DNA from: Betaproteobacteria bacterium
GTDB lineage: Bacteria; Pseudomonadota; Gammaproteobacteria; Burkholderiales; SG8-41
Assembly (NCBI GenBank): GCA_046339595.1
Contig: JBKDUF010000046.1
Coordinates: 1,717-65,716, forward strand
Length of the DNA stretch: 64,000 nt
Direction of reading: 5' to 3'
Shown piece after piece: positions 43,866 through 52,187 of this stretch. The notes under the pieces are model-generated. The model saw only the letters and a list, made by a program, of their open reading frames with translations. It was not told the DNA's origin and made no database searches. The position numbers and the translations under genes were made by a program. The stretch's first letter is position 1. Each line of letters starts with the position of its first letter.

Positions 43866-44836
43866 TGACCCAACACCTGCCGCCGCGCCACCGCTGGCTG
43901 ATGGCCCTGCTGCTTGCCTGCGGCTCTGCCACGGCGGCCGACTACCCGGTCAAGCCAGTACGCCTGGTGGTGCCCTTCCCCGCCGGCGGCCCGGTGGACA
44001 TCACTGCGCGCACCCTGGCACCAAGGCTGGGGGAAGCGCTGGGCCAGCGCGTGGTGATCGACAACCGCGGTGGCGCCGGCGGCGTACTTGGCTCCGATAT
44101 CGTCGCCAAGTCGCCGCCCGACGGCCACACCCTGCTGCTGTGCACGACCGGCAACGCCATCAACGTCAGCCTGGTGCCCAACCTGCCCTATGACATCCGC
44201 AAGGATTTCGCAGCGGTCTCGATGGTCGCGATCATCACCAGCATCCTGGTCGTGCATCCGGCCCTGCCGGTAAAATCGGTGAAGGAGCTGATCGCGCTGG
44301 CGAAAGCGCGTCCCGACGCGCTGAGCTATGCCTCCACCGGCAACGGCGCGCCCACACACCTCGCCGGGGAACTGTTCAAGACCATGGCCGGCGTGAAGAT
44401 GCTGCATGTGCCCTACAAGGGTGCGGCGCCGGCGGTGGTGGACCTGCTCAGCGGCCATGTCCAGCTCTCCTTCATCAGCGCACCCGGCGTGATGCCGCAT
44501 GTGGAAGCCGGCAGGCTGCGCGTGCTGGCGGTGACCAATGCCCGCCGCTCGGTACTGCTGCCTCATGTGACCACCATCAGCGAAGCCGGCCTGCAGGGTT
44601 ACGAATCCGAGGGCTGGCACGGCCTGTTCACGCCCGCCGGCACGCCGCGGCCGGTGGTTGACCGGCTCTACCGCGAACTCGCCACGCTGCTGCGAGATGC
44701 CAAAATCAGCCAGCAGCTGGCCGCCGGCGGCGCCGAGCCGGGGGGCATGCCGCCGGACGAATTCGCGCGGGCACTGCACCGCGAAATCGAAAAATGGGCC
44801 AGGGTCGTCAAGGCCTCCGGCATGAAGGTGGATTGA
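43865..44836 (+). CDS. Bug/TctC-family substrate-binding protein
   Basis: ATG 43865 overlaps the previous stop (TGATG). Motifs ...GSATAADYPVKPVRLVVPFPAGGPVDI and HVPYKGAAPAVVDLLSG. Confidence 0.9.
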   Translation: MTQHLPPRHRWLMALLLACGSATAADYPVKPVRLVVPFPAGGPVDITARTLAPRLGEALGQRVVIDNRGGAGGVLGSDIVAKSPPDGHTLLLCTTGNAINVSLVPNLPYDIRKDFAAVSMVAIITSILVVHPALPVKSVKELIALAKARPDALSYASTGNGAPTHLAGELFKTMAGVKMLHVPYKGAAPAVVDLLSGHVQLSFISAPGVMPHVEAGRLRVLAVTNARRSVLLPHVTTISEAGLQGYESEGWHGLFTPAGTPRPVVDRLYRELATLLRDAKISQQLAAGGAEPGGMPPDEFARALHREIEKWARVVKASGMKVD

Positions 44837-44899
44837 ATTTGCGAAGATGGAAGTTCCGAATGCAGCACGTTGTTTCACATGGAAGAAAGGAAGCGGCAC

Positions 44900-45289
44900 A
44901 TGTCTGATCTGATGAAGCAGTCCCCGCTCGGCACCTATGTCGGGCATCTGAACAAGGGCGAACTCGCCTACCAGGTGTGCAAGGACGACGGCAAGGCGTT
45001 CTTCTACCCGCGCGCGGTCGCGCCGGAGACCGGCAGCAGCAACATCGAGTGGCGGGTATCGAAAGGCCTCGGCACGGTATATTCGACGACGGTCGTGCAC
45101 TACAAGGGCGAAGCGCCGCTGAACGTCGCGCTGATCGACATGGACGAAGGGTACCGCCTGATGAGCCGGGTCGAGGGCATCGACGCGATGGACGTGAGGA
45201 TCGGCATGCGCGTGAAGTTCAAGACCCATCCCGGCGACGAGAAAAACCTGCCCTATCCGGTATTCACCCCTGCGGGAGACGTGAAATGA
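44900..45289 (+). CDS. DUF35-type OB-fold protein (thiolase partner)
   Basis: ATG 44900 follows AAGGAAG. ...GTVYSTTVVHYKGEAPLNVALIDMDEGYRLMSRVEG... is a typical DUF35 OB-fold core. The Zn-ribbon cysteines appear degenerate. The stop overlaps the thiolase start (ATGA). Confidence 0.75.
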   Translation: MSDLMKQSPLGTYVGHLNKGELAYQVCKDDGKAFFYPRAVAPETGSSNIEWRVSKGLGTVYSTTVVHYKGEAPLNVALIDMDEGYRLMSRVEGIDAMDVRIGMRVKFKTHPGDEKNLPYPVFTPAGDVK

Positions 45290-46443
45290 CCAAGACCCTC
45301 AAACGCGGCAGCATTGCGGTGGTCGGCGCCGCTGAATCCGACCTTGGCCAGGTTGCACAACACACCACGCCCGTTGACCTGATGGCCCAGGCCACGATGC
45401 GTGCGCTGGACGACTGCGGGCTCACCCTGAAGGATGTCGACGGCCTGTTCGTCGCCGCCTCCCAGGTGCGCATGGGGCCGATGCAACTCGCCGAATACCT
45501 GCGCATCAAGCCGAAAGTCTTCGACGGCACCCAGATCGGCGGCTCCTCCTTCATGTCGCACGTTGCCCACGCCCAGGCTGCGATCGAGCTCGGCCTGTGC
45601 GAGGTCGCGGTGATCGCTTACGGCAGCACCCAGCGCTCGGTGTCGCGCGCCGCCGCCAGCCCGCGCGAATTCAACCCCTACGAGTCGCCGTACCGGCCGA
45701 TCCTGCCGATCAGCGCCTACGCCATGGCCGCGGCGCGCCACATGCACCAGTACGGCACCACCCGTGAGCACCTGGCCGAGGTGGCCGTGGCTGCCCGCCA
45801 ATGGGCGCTGATGAACCCCAAGGCCTGGGAGAAGGAGCCGCTGACCATCGAACAGGCGCTCAACGCGCGCATGGTGTCCTACCCCTTCACCGTGCGCGAC
45901 TGCTGTCTGGTTGTGGACGGCGGCGGCGCAATCGTGCTGACCTCGGCGGCGCGCGCAAAGACGCTGAAGAAAAAGCCGGTGTATGTGCTGGGCGTCGGCG
46001 AAACGCTGTCCCATGCCAACATCTCCAGCATGCCCGACCTCACGGTCACCGGCGCGGCGATCTCCGGCCCGCAGGCCTTCAAGATGGCCGGCGTCACCCA
46101 GAAGGACGTCAACATGCTGTCCCTCTACGACGCCTTCACGATCACGCCGATCCTGTTCCTTGAAGACCTCGGTTTCGTGCCCAAGGGTGAGGGTGGACGC
46201 TTCGTCGCCGGCGGCACCATCGCTCCGGGCGGCAAACTCGCGGTCAACACCTCCGGTGGCGGCCTGTCGTACTGCCACCCCGGCATGTACGGCCTGCTGG
46301 TGATCATCGAGGCCGTGCGTCAGGTGCGCGGCGAATGCGGCCAGCGCCAGGTCAAGGGCTGCGATGTGGCCTTGGCGCACGGCAATGGCGGCGTGATGTC
46401 CAGCCAATGTACGGTGATCTTTGGTTCTGAAAATGCCCTGTGA
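45286..46443 (+). CDS. SCP-x/lipid-transfer-type thiolase
   Basis: ATG 45286 (MTKTLKRGSIAVVGAAESDLG). C-terminal NTSGGGLSYCHPGMYG thiolase motif. 385 aa. Confidence 0.88.
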   Translation: MTKTLKRGSIAVVGAAESDLGQVAQHTTPVDLMAQATMRALDDCGLTLKDVDGLFVAASQVRMGPMQLAEYLRIKPKVFDGTQIGGSSFMSHVAHAQAAIELGLCEVAVIAYGSTQRSVSRAAASPREFNPYESPYRPILPISAYAMAAARHMHQYGTTREHLAEVAVAARQWALMNPKAWEKEPLTIEQALNARMVSYPFTVRDCCLVVDGGGAIVLTSAARAKTLKKKPVYVLGVGETLSHANISSMPDLTVTGAAISGPQAFKMAGVTQKDVNMLSLYDAFTITPILFLEDLGFVPKGEGGRFVAGGTIAPGGKLAVNTSGGGLSYCHPGMYGLLVIIEAVRQVRGECGQRQVKGCDVALAHGNGGVMSSQCTVIFGSENAL

Positions 46444-46518
46444 TGCCGTGCGCACGATCGCCTGCGGGGTCGCATCCCCGGACTTGCGTCCGGGATCCCT
46501 GCTCCGCCTTGCGGCGAT

Positions 46519-46584
46519 CACGGCAACGGTGGCGTGATGTCCAGCCAGTGCACGGTGATGTTCAGTTCCGAGAACACGCTGTAA
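46519..46584 (+). pseudogene. displaced duplicate of the thiolase gene's last 21 codons plus stop
   Basis: It encodes HGNGGVMSSQCTVMFSSENTL*, versus HGNGGVMSSQCTVIFGSENAL* in the live 3' end (46378..46443). 53 of 66 nt are identical. It is followed directly by a strong terminator. Confidence 0.75.
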
Positions 46585-46602
46585 TACATCAAGCCGCACC
46601 CG

Positions 46603-46635
46603 CCGGATGCGGAGGGATCCGCATCCGGTTTTTTT
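46603..46635 (+). terminator. rho-independent terminator
   Basis: Perfect 11-bp stem CCGGATGCGGA / TCCGCATCCGG, loop GGGA, then TTTTTTT. Confidence 0.85.
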
Positions 46636-46650
46636 CCGCAGGAGCTCGCC

Positions 46651-47307
46651 TTGAGACTTGAACTGTATTACGCCCCCAAGACCTGTGCCCTGGTGCCCTT
46701 CGTCACGCTGACCGAAGCCGGCGCCGACTTCACTGTGCACAATATGAATTCCCGTTCCGGGCAGCTCAAAACGCCGGAATACCTGAGACTCAATCCCAAG
46801 CACAAGGTGCCGGTGCTGGTCATCGACGGGGAGCCGCTGACGGAAAATGTCGCTATCCAGATCTTCATCCACCGCAGTTTTCCGCATGCGAAACTGCTGC
46901 CGCAGGACCCGAAGCAGGAAATCAGGGCGATCTCGCTGATGGCCTGGTTTGCCTCGACCATACACCCCCACCTGACGCCCAATGCGCGCCCCGAAAACTA
47001 TTGCGACCTTCCCGGCAGCGCCGATGCTGTCAAGCGCGCCGGCAACAAGCTCCTGTTCGAGGACTTCCGCATCGCGGAAAGCCTGCTCGCCGGCCGCGAA
47101 TTCTTTTTTGACCACTTCACCGCGCCCGACGCCTATTTCTTCTGGTGCTTCCGCCGCGCGATCACCTTCAAGCTGGACCTGTCGCCGTTCCCGAACTGCA
47201 TGGCTTTTGTCGAGCGCCTGCGGCAGCGACCCAGCCTGCAGAAAGTGCTGGCCCACGAACAGGCGGTCGAAGCCGAATTCGCCCGAACCGCGCAACCCCT
47301 GAACTGA
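46651..47307 (+). CDS. glutathione S-transferase
   Basis: TTG 46651 follows CAGGAG. MRLELYYAPKTCALVPFVTL... and HKVPVLVIDGEPLTENVAI (GST N-domain). 218 aa. Confidence 0.8.
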   Translation: MRLELYYAPKTCALVPFVTLTEAGADFTVHNMNSRSGQLKTPEYLRLNPKHKVPVLVIDGEPLTENVAIQIFIHRSFPHAKLLPQDPKQEIRAISLMAWFASTIHPHLTPNARPENYCDLPGSADAVKRAGNKLLFEDFRIAESLLAGREFFFDHFTAPDAYFFWCFRRAITFKLDLSPFPNCMAFVERLRQRPSLQKVLAHEQAVEAEFARTAQPLN

Positions 47308-47315
47308 AAGTACCC

Positions 47316-48005
47316 ATGAAACTGACAATACTGACCTCCAACAGCACGATGCCGGCACTCCACGCCCTGATCCCGGCTTATGAACATGGCAGCGGGAATA
47401 CCGTGACCGTCAGCGGCGATTCCGCAAAGGCCATGGTCGCGCGCATCCGCGGTGGCGAAACCGGTGATGTCGTCGTGCTCGGCAGCGGAGCGGTGCGGGA
47501 GCTCGCCGCCGACGGCATCGTCAGCGAATCCACCCGCCGTCCTTTTGCCCGGGCCATCATCGGCGTGGGCGTACGCAGCGGCACGCCCCATCCCGACATC
47601 AGCTCGGTGGATGCCTTTCGCAGGACGCTGCTGGCTGCACGCGCCATTGCCCATACCGTCCATGGCGCCAGCGGTATGTACATTCCTAACCTGCTCGAAA
47701 AGCTGGGTATCGCCGCCGAAATGAAGGCGAAGGCCGTGACGCGCCCCGGAGGCTATATCGGCAAGGTTGTGGTCGCAGGCGAAGCCGACATCGCGCTCCA
47801 GCAGATTCCGGAGCTGCTCGCGGTGCCGGGCCTCGACTGCGTGGGCCCGGTGCCGGATGCCGTGCAGAAATCCTTCGAAACCTCGATCGCGCTTTTCCGG
47901 GACTCACCCCACGCCGACGCCGCGCAGGCCATGGTCGATTTTTTCGCCAAACCGGTAAATATGGCGCTGTTCCGCGCCAAGGGTCTGGAACTCACCCTAG
48001 AATGA
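47316..48005 (+). CDS. ModA-like periplasmic-binding-fold protein without recognisable signal peptide
   Basis: ORF trimmed to ATG 47316 (MKLTILTSNSTMPALHALIPAYE...). A type-II PBP pattern resembling molybdate/anion-binding proteins (GETGDVVVLGSG, GEADIALQQIPE). No N-terminal hydrophobic or positively charged signal. Confidence 0.7.
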   Translation: MKLTILTSNSTMPALHALIPAYEHGSGNTVTVSGDSAKAMVARIRGGETGDVVVLGSGAVRELAADGIVSESTRRPFARAIIGVGVRSGTPHPDISSVDAFRRTLLAARAIAHTVHGASGMYIPNLLEKLGIAAEMKAKAVTRPGGYIGKVVVAGEADIALQQIPELLAVPGLDCVGPVPDAVQKSFETSIALFRDSPHADAAQAMVDFFAKPVNMALFRAKGLELTLE

Positions 48006-48019
48006 GGCCTCAAAGCCCC

Positions 48020-48052
48020 TCAGAACTGATCCCAATTCAGAACTGATCCCAA
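48020..48052 (+). repeat. tandem direct repeat, 2 x TCAGAACTGATCCCAA (17-bp period), upstream of a TctC gene
   Basis: Copies at 48020-48035 and 48037-48052 are identical. They lie 29-61 bp upstream of ATG 48081. Confidence 0.8.
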
Positions 48053-48080
48053 AAATAACACCCTTGCCGAGGAGAAGCCT

Positions 48081-49058
48081 ATGAGCAGAATCGTCCTGTC
48101 CTTTGCCGCCCTGTTGGCCCTGCTGCCATCGGGTGCGACGCTCGCATTCGCTTCAGACAAATACCCGAATAAACCGATCCGCTTCATCGTGCCCTATCCG
48201 CCCGGAGGTACTACCGACCTGGTCTCCCGAGGCATCGGCGCCAAACTGGCTGACAAATTCGGCCAGCAGGTGGTGATCGACAATCGCGGCGGCGCCAGCA
48301 CCATCATCGGCACCGACCTGATGGCCAAGGCCGCGCCTGATGGCTATACCATCGGACTGATCACGCAGACCACGATGTCGATCAATCCGAATGTCATTCC
48401 CAAGTTGCCTTATGACACCGTGCGCGACCTTGCGTCGATCACGCAGGTCGTGTATTTCCCGTACGTCATCGCGGCCCATCCCTCCGCGCCCTTCTCCAAC
48501 ATGAAGGAGATGATCGCCCACGCCCGGGCCAAGCCGGGCTCCATCACCTACGGCACGCCCGGTACAGCCTCGACCAACCACCTCGGCGGTGTCATCCTGG
48601 AGCAGATGATCGGCGCCAAGCTGCTGCATGTGCCGTTCAAGGGCTCCGGCCCCGCGCTTACCGCGGTACTGGGCGGCCAGGTGCAGGCCATCATCACCGG
48701 CGCCGCAACAGTGATGCCACAGGTCAAGAACGGCCGCATCAAGGTCATCGCCTTTGCCGCCGAAAAACGCCATCCCAACTGGCCCGACGTTCCCTCCACC
48801 GGCGAAGCCGGCCTCAAGGGCTACGAATCCGGCACCTGGTTCGGCATCGTCACCCGCGCCGGCGTGGCCAAACCCATCGTCAACACCCTCAACCGCGAAA
48901 TCATCGCCGCGCTCGGCCAGGCCGATCTGCGCGCGAGTCTGAACGGGGCTGGATTCGACATCCGTACCCAGTCACCCGAGGAATTTGCAAAATTCATGAA
49001 TGAAGATCGCGCCCTCATCGGGCGCGTGATCAAGGCGGCCAACATCACGCTCGACTGA
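48081..49058 (+). CDS. Bug/TctC-family substrate-binding protein
   Basis: SD GAGGAGAA. Signal peptide ...GATLAFASD. Motifs YPNKPIRFIVPYPPGGTTDL and HVPFKGSGPALTAVLGG. Confidence 0.9.
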   Translation: MSRIVLSFAALLALLPSGATLAFASDKYPNKPIRFIVPYPPGGTTDLVSRGIGAKLADKFGQQVVIDNRGGASTIIGTDLMAKAAPDGYTIGLITQTTMSINPNVIPKLPYDTVRDLASITQVVYFPYVIAAHPSAPFSNMKEMIAHARAKPGSITYGTPGTASTNHLGGVILEQMIGAKLLHVPFKGSGPALTAVLGGQVQAIITGAATVMPQVKNGRIKVIAFAAEKRHPNWPDVPSTGEAGLKGYESGTWFGIVTRAGVAKPIVNTLNREIIAALGQADLRASLNGAGFDIRTQSPEEFAKFMNEDRALIGRVIKAANITLD

Positions 49059-49112
49059 GGGCGGCGGCAGGCAGGCCGCCGCAATAAAATGCCACCGGGG
49101 GGTTCCGTTGCA

Positions 49113-49937
49113 ATGATTTTGCTGCACAAACTGATCGCCGTGGTTGCCGCACTGTCCACACTGGGCGTCACCGCCAGTTGCCAATCCACCACCTCTGGCG
49201 GGTCGGTCGGCGCCGACCGCAAGCAACTGCTGCTGGTCTCCTCCGACCAGCTCAACCAGATGGCGGCCAAGGCCTACCTGCAGCTGCGGCAGGAATCGGC
49301 CAAAAAAGGTGTCCTCAACACCGACGCCGCGCTGACCGCGCGCGTGCGGGCCATCGCCGCGCGCATCACGCCGCACACCCGGGTATTCCGTGCCGACGCA
49401 CCAGGCTGGAAATGGGAGGTCAACACCATTACCAGCGACCAGCTCAATGCCTTCTGCATGCCTGGCGGGAAGATCATGTTCTACACCGGCATCGTGCAGC
49501 GGCTGAAACTCACGGATGACGAGATTGCAGTGATCATGGGCCACGAGATCGCACACGCCCTGCGTGAGCACTCGCGCGAACAGGTCTCGCAGGCCGTGGC
49601 AGCCGAGGCCGCCATCGGCATTGGCGCCGCGCTGCTCGGGCTCGGCGACGGCACCGCCAACCTCACCGGCACCGCCTACCAGGCGCTAGTTGCTACACGC
49701 TTCAGCCGCGGCCACGAAACCGAAGCTGACCGCATCGGCCTCGAACTTGCCGCACGCAGCGGCTATGACCCCCGCGCCGGCATCACGTTATGGAAAAAGA
49801 TGCTGGGCGCAAACCAGGGTGGGCGGCCGCCGGAATTCCTCAGCACCCATCCTGCTGAAAACCGGCGTATCCAGGATCTCGAAGCCCTGATGCCCGCGGT
49901 GCTCCCGCTCTATGAGGCAGCCCGCGGCGGCCGCTGA
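49113..49937 (+). CDS. M48-family zinc metallopeptidase, exported (possible lipoprotein)
   Basis: HExxH in VIMGHEIAHALREH. N-terminus MILLHKLIAVVAALSTLGVTASC. The ORF could also start at 49089. Confidence 0.82.
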   Translation: MILLHKLIAVVAALSTLGVTASCQSTTSGGSVGADRKQLLLVSSDQLNQMAAKAYLQLRQESAKKGVLNTDAALTARVRAIAARITPHTRVFRADAPGWKWEVNTITSDQLNAFCMPGGKIMFYTGIVQRLKLTDDEIAVIMGHEIAHALREHSREQVSQAVAAEAAIGIGAALLGLGDGTANLTGTAYQALVATRFSRGHETEADRIGLELAARSGYDPRAGITLWKKMLGANQGGRPPEFLSTHPAENRRIQDLEALMPAVLPLYEAARGGR

Positions 49938-49970
49938 CGAATAAACCCACTGCGTAAGCGGCTGTTTCCT

Positions 49971-50460
49971 GTGGCCGCACTCGCACTTGCAGTGTCACCC
50001 GGCATCGCCTCGGCACGGGTGCCGCCTGGCGCAGAAGAAGCAGCGCGCATGCTGGAACGCGACCCTTACGATGCGGTAACCATCGCCGCAGTGGCGAACG
50101 ACGAAGACACCCTGCGCGCGCTGCTCGCCGAGGACGCCAGCGCGGAGCTGATCACCAGCCGCATGATGGCACTGCACTGATTGCAGCAGCCCACCTCGGC
50201 CACGCCCGCGTGTTGAAGCAGCTGATCGCTGCCGGCGCGCCGCTGGACCATGTCAACAACCTGCACTGGACCGCGCTGATCGAATTCATCGTGCTGGGCA
50301 ACGGCTCCCCTCGCCATACCTAAACCCTGCGCCTGCTGGTCAAGGCCGGGGCGAGCCACAAGCCCACCGACTGCAACGGCAATACCCCGCTCAGGCCGGC
50401 AAAAGGGTGCCGTTAAAAGCCATGGTGGAAATCCTGTATAAAGCCGGCGCGAAAAAGAAC
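49971..50460 (+). pseudogene. ankyrin-repeat protein gene disrupted by frameshifts and an in-frame stop
   Basis: Frame 0 encodes signal-like AALALAVSPGIASA...TLRALLAEDASAELI and stops at 50180. The next frame continues DGTALIAAAHLGHARVLKQLIAAGAPLDHVNNLHWTAL... and hits TAA at 50321-50323, then TLRLLVKAGA...CNGNTPL. A third frame gives KAMVEILYKAGAKK. Confidence 0.65.
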
Positions 50461-50470
50461 CGCACGTGCC

Positions 50471-52090
50471 TTATTTTTCCGGCAGCGCCTGCCGCTCGGC
50501 CTCAAGCTTGGTCCTGAGCAGCCAATCGCGGTAGTCGTCCATGTCACCGTCATAGGGCTGCAGCCGTCCGTCGGCAACGATCAGGAACTGGTCGGTGGTG
50601 GCGCGCAGCAGGTGACGGTCGTGCGACACCAGCACCAGCGTGCCCTCGAACTGCGCCAGCGCCACGGTCAGCGCCTCACGGGTTTCCAGGTCGAGGTGGT
50701 TGGTCGGCTCGTCCAGCAGCAGCAGGTTGGGTCGCTGCCAGACAATCATCGCCAGCGCGAGGCGTGCCTTCTCGCCACCGGAGAAATGGGTGATCGGATT
50801 GAGCGCCATTTCACCGGGGAAATTGAATCCGCCGAGAAAGCCGCGCAGCTCCTGCTCACGCACCCGCGGTGCAACCTTCGCCAGGTTCCACAGCGGTGAT
50901 TCGTCGTCGCGCAGCATTTCCACCTGGTGCTGGGCAAAGTAGCCGATCGCCAGGCCCTTGTTGAAATTGGCGCTGCCCGACAGCGGCGCCAGTTCACCGG
51001 CGATGGTCTTGATCAGTGTGGACTTGCCGGCGCCGTTGATGCCGAGCAGGCCGTAACGCTGGCCGCTCTGCAGCGAAAAATTGATACCGTCGAGCACCCG
51101 CTTTTCGCGGCCGTCCTCGAGCCGGTAACCGGCCACCACATCCTCCATCACCAGCAGCGGATCGGGTGCACGCAGCGGTTCCCGGAACTCGAACTGGAAC
51201 GGCGCGGAGACATGCAACGGCGCCAGGTCCTCCATCCTGGCCAGCATTTTCATGCGGCTCTGGGCCTGGCGCGCCTTGCTCGCCTGCGCCTTGAAGCGGT
51301 TGATGAAGGATTCGAGGTGGGCGCGCTCTCGCTGCTGCTTCTCGATCATGCCCGCGGCCAGCACCACCGCGGCGGCGCGCTGGCGCTCGAAGTCGGAGTA
51401 ATGCCCGGCGTAACGCTTCAGTTTCTGGTTGTCGATATGGACGATCACGTTGACCACGCCGTCGAGAAAATCACGGTCGTGCGAGACGATCACCAGCGTG
51501 CCGCGGTATTTCTTGAGCCACTCCTCGACCCACAGGATCGCGTCGAGGTCGAGGTGGTTGGTCGGCTCGTCCAGCAGCAGCAGGTCCGAGGGGCACATCA
51601 GCGCCTGCGCGAGATTGAGCCGCATCCGCCAGCCCCCGGAAAAACTCGCCACCGGCTGCCCCATCTGGTCGTGGCTGAAGCCGAGGCCGTAGAGCAGGCG
51701 CTCGGCGCGCGAATGCGCGGTCCAGGCGTCGGCATCGGCAAGATCGGCATAGACCGTGCCGATGCGTTCGCCATCGCCTTCGGCTTCAGCCGCAGCCAGT
51801 TCGTCCTCGAGACGGCGCAGCGTGGTGTCTCCATCAATGGCGTAATCGATGGCCGCGCGCTCCAGCGCCGGTGTTTCCTGCGCGACATGGGCGACACGCC
51901 AGCGCTGGGGGAAATCAACCTCCCCCTGGTCGGCGTGCAGTTCGCCGCGCAGCAGCGCAAACAGGCTGGACTTGCCGGTGCCGTTGGCACCGATCAGCCC
52001 GATCTTGTCCCCGGGGTTGAGCGAGAGGTCGGCATCTTCGAGCAACACCTTGGCGCCGCGGCGCAGCGTAATCTGGCTGAAACGGATCAT
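50471..52090 (-). CDS. ABC-F family ATPase (YheS-like, no membrane domain)
   Basis: 539 aa. Two Walker A motifs (GANGTGKSS, GINGAGKST), two signatures (FSGGWRMRLNLA, FSGGEKARLALA), and an inter-domain linker. Confidence 0.9.
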   Translation of the reverse strand: MIRFSQITLRRGAKVLLEDADLSLNPGDKIGLIGANGTGKSSLFALLRGELHADQGEVDFPQRWRVAHVAQETPALERAAIDYAIDGDTTLRRLEDELAAAEAEGDGERIGTVYADLADADAWTAHSRAERLLYGLGFSHDQMGQPVASFSGGWRMRLNLAQALMCPSDLLLLDEPTNHLDLDAILWVEEWLKKYRGTLVIVSHDRDFLDGVVNVIVHIDNQKLKRYAGHYSDFERQRAAAVVLAAGMIEKQQRERAHLESFINRFKAQASKARQAQSRMKMLARMEDLAPLHVSAPFQFEFREPLRAPDPLLVMEDVVAGYRLEDGREKRVLDGINFSLQSGQRYGLLGINGAGKSTLIKTIAGELAPLSGSANFNKGLAIGYFAQHQVEMLRDDESPLWNLAKVAPRVREQELRGFLGGFNFPGEMALNPITHFSGGEKARLALAMIVWQRPNLLLLDEPTNHLDLETREALTVALAQFEGTLVLVSHDRHLLRATTDQFLIVADGRLQPYDGDMDDYRDWLLRTKLEAERQALPEK

Positions 52091-52187
52091 CGGAATGCGG
52101 CAGAGCGCCGCGCAAAGAGGCGCATTCTACGCAGATTGACTGCCTCCCGCCCGCATTCCCCGCGCTGGGACCGAACCGCGCCGGTGC

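Noticed and set aside
49061-49082. GC hairpin GCGGCGGC-AGGCAG-GCCGCCGC after the TctC gene at 48081..49058 as a rho-independent terminator.
   Set aside because: The stem is good, but it is followed by AATAAAATG rather than a U tract. I left it unannotated as a terminator; it could still be a weak or Rho-assisted stop.
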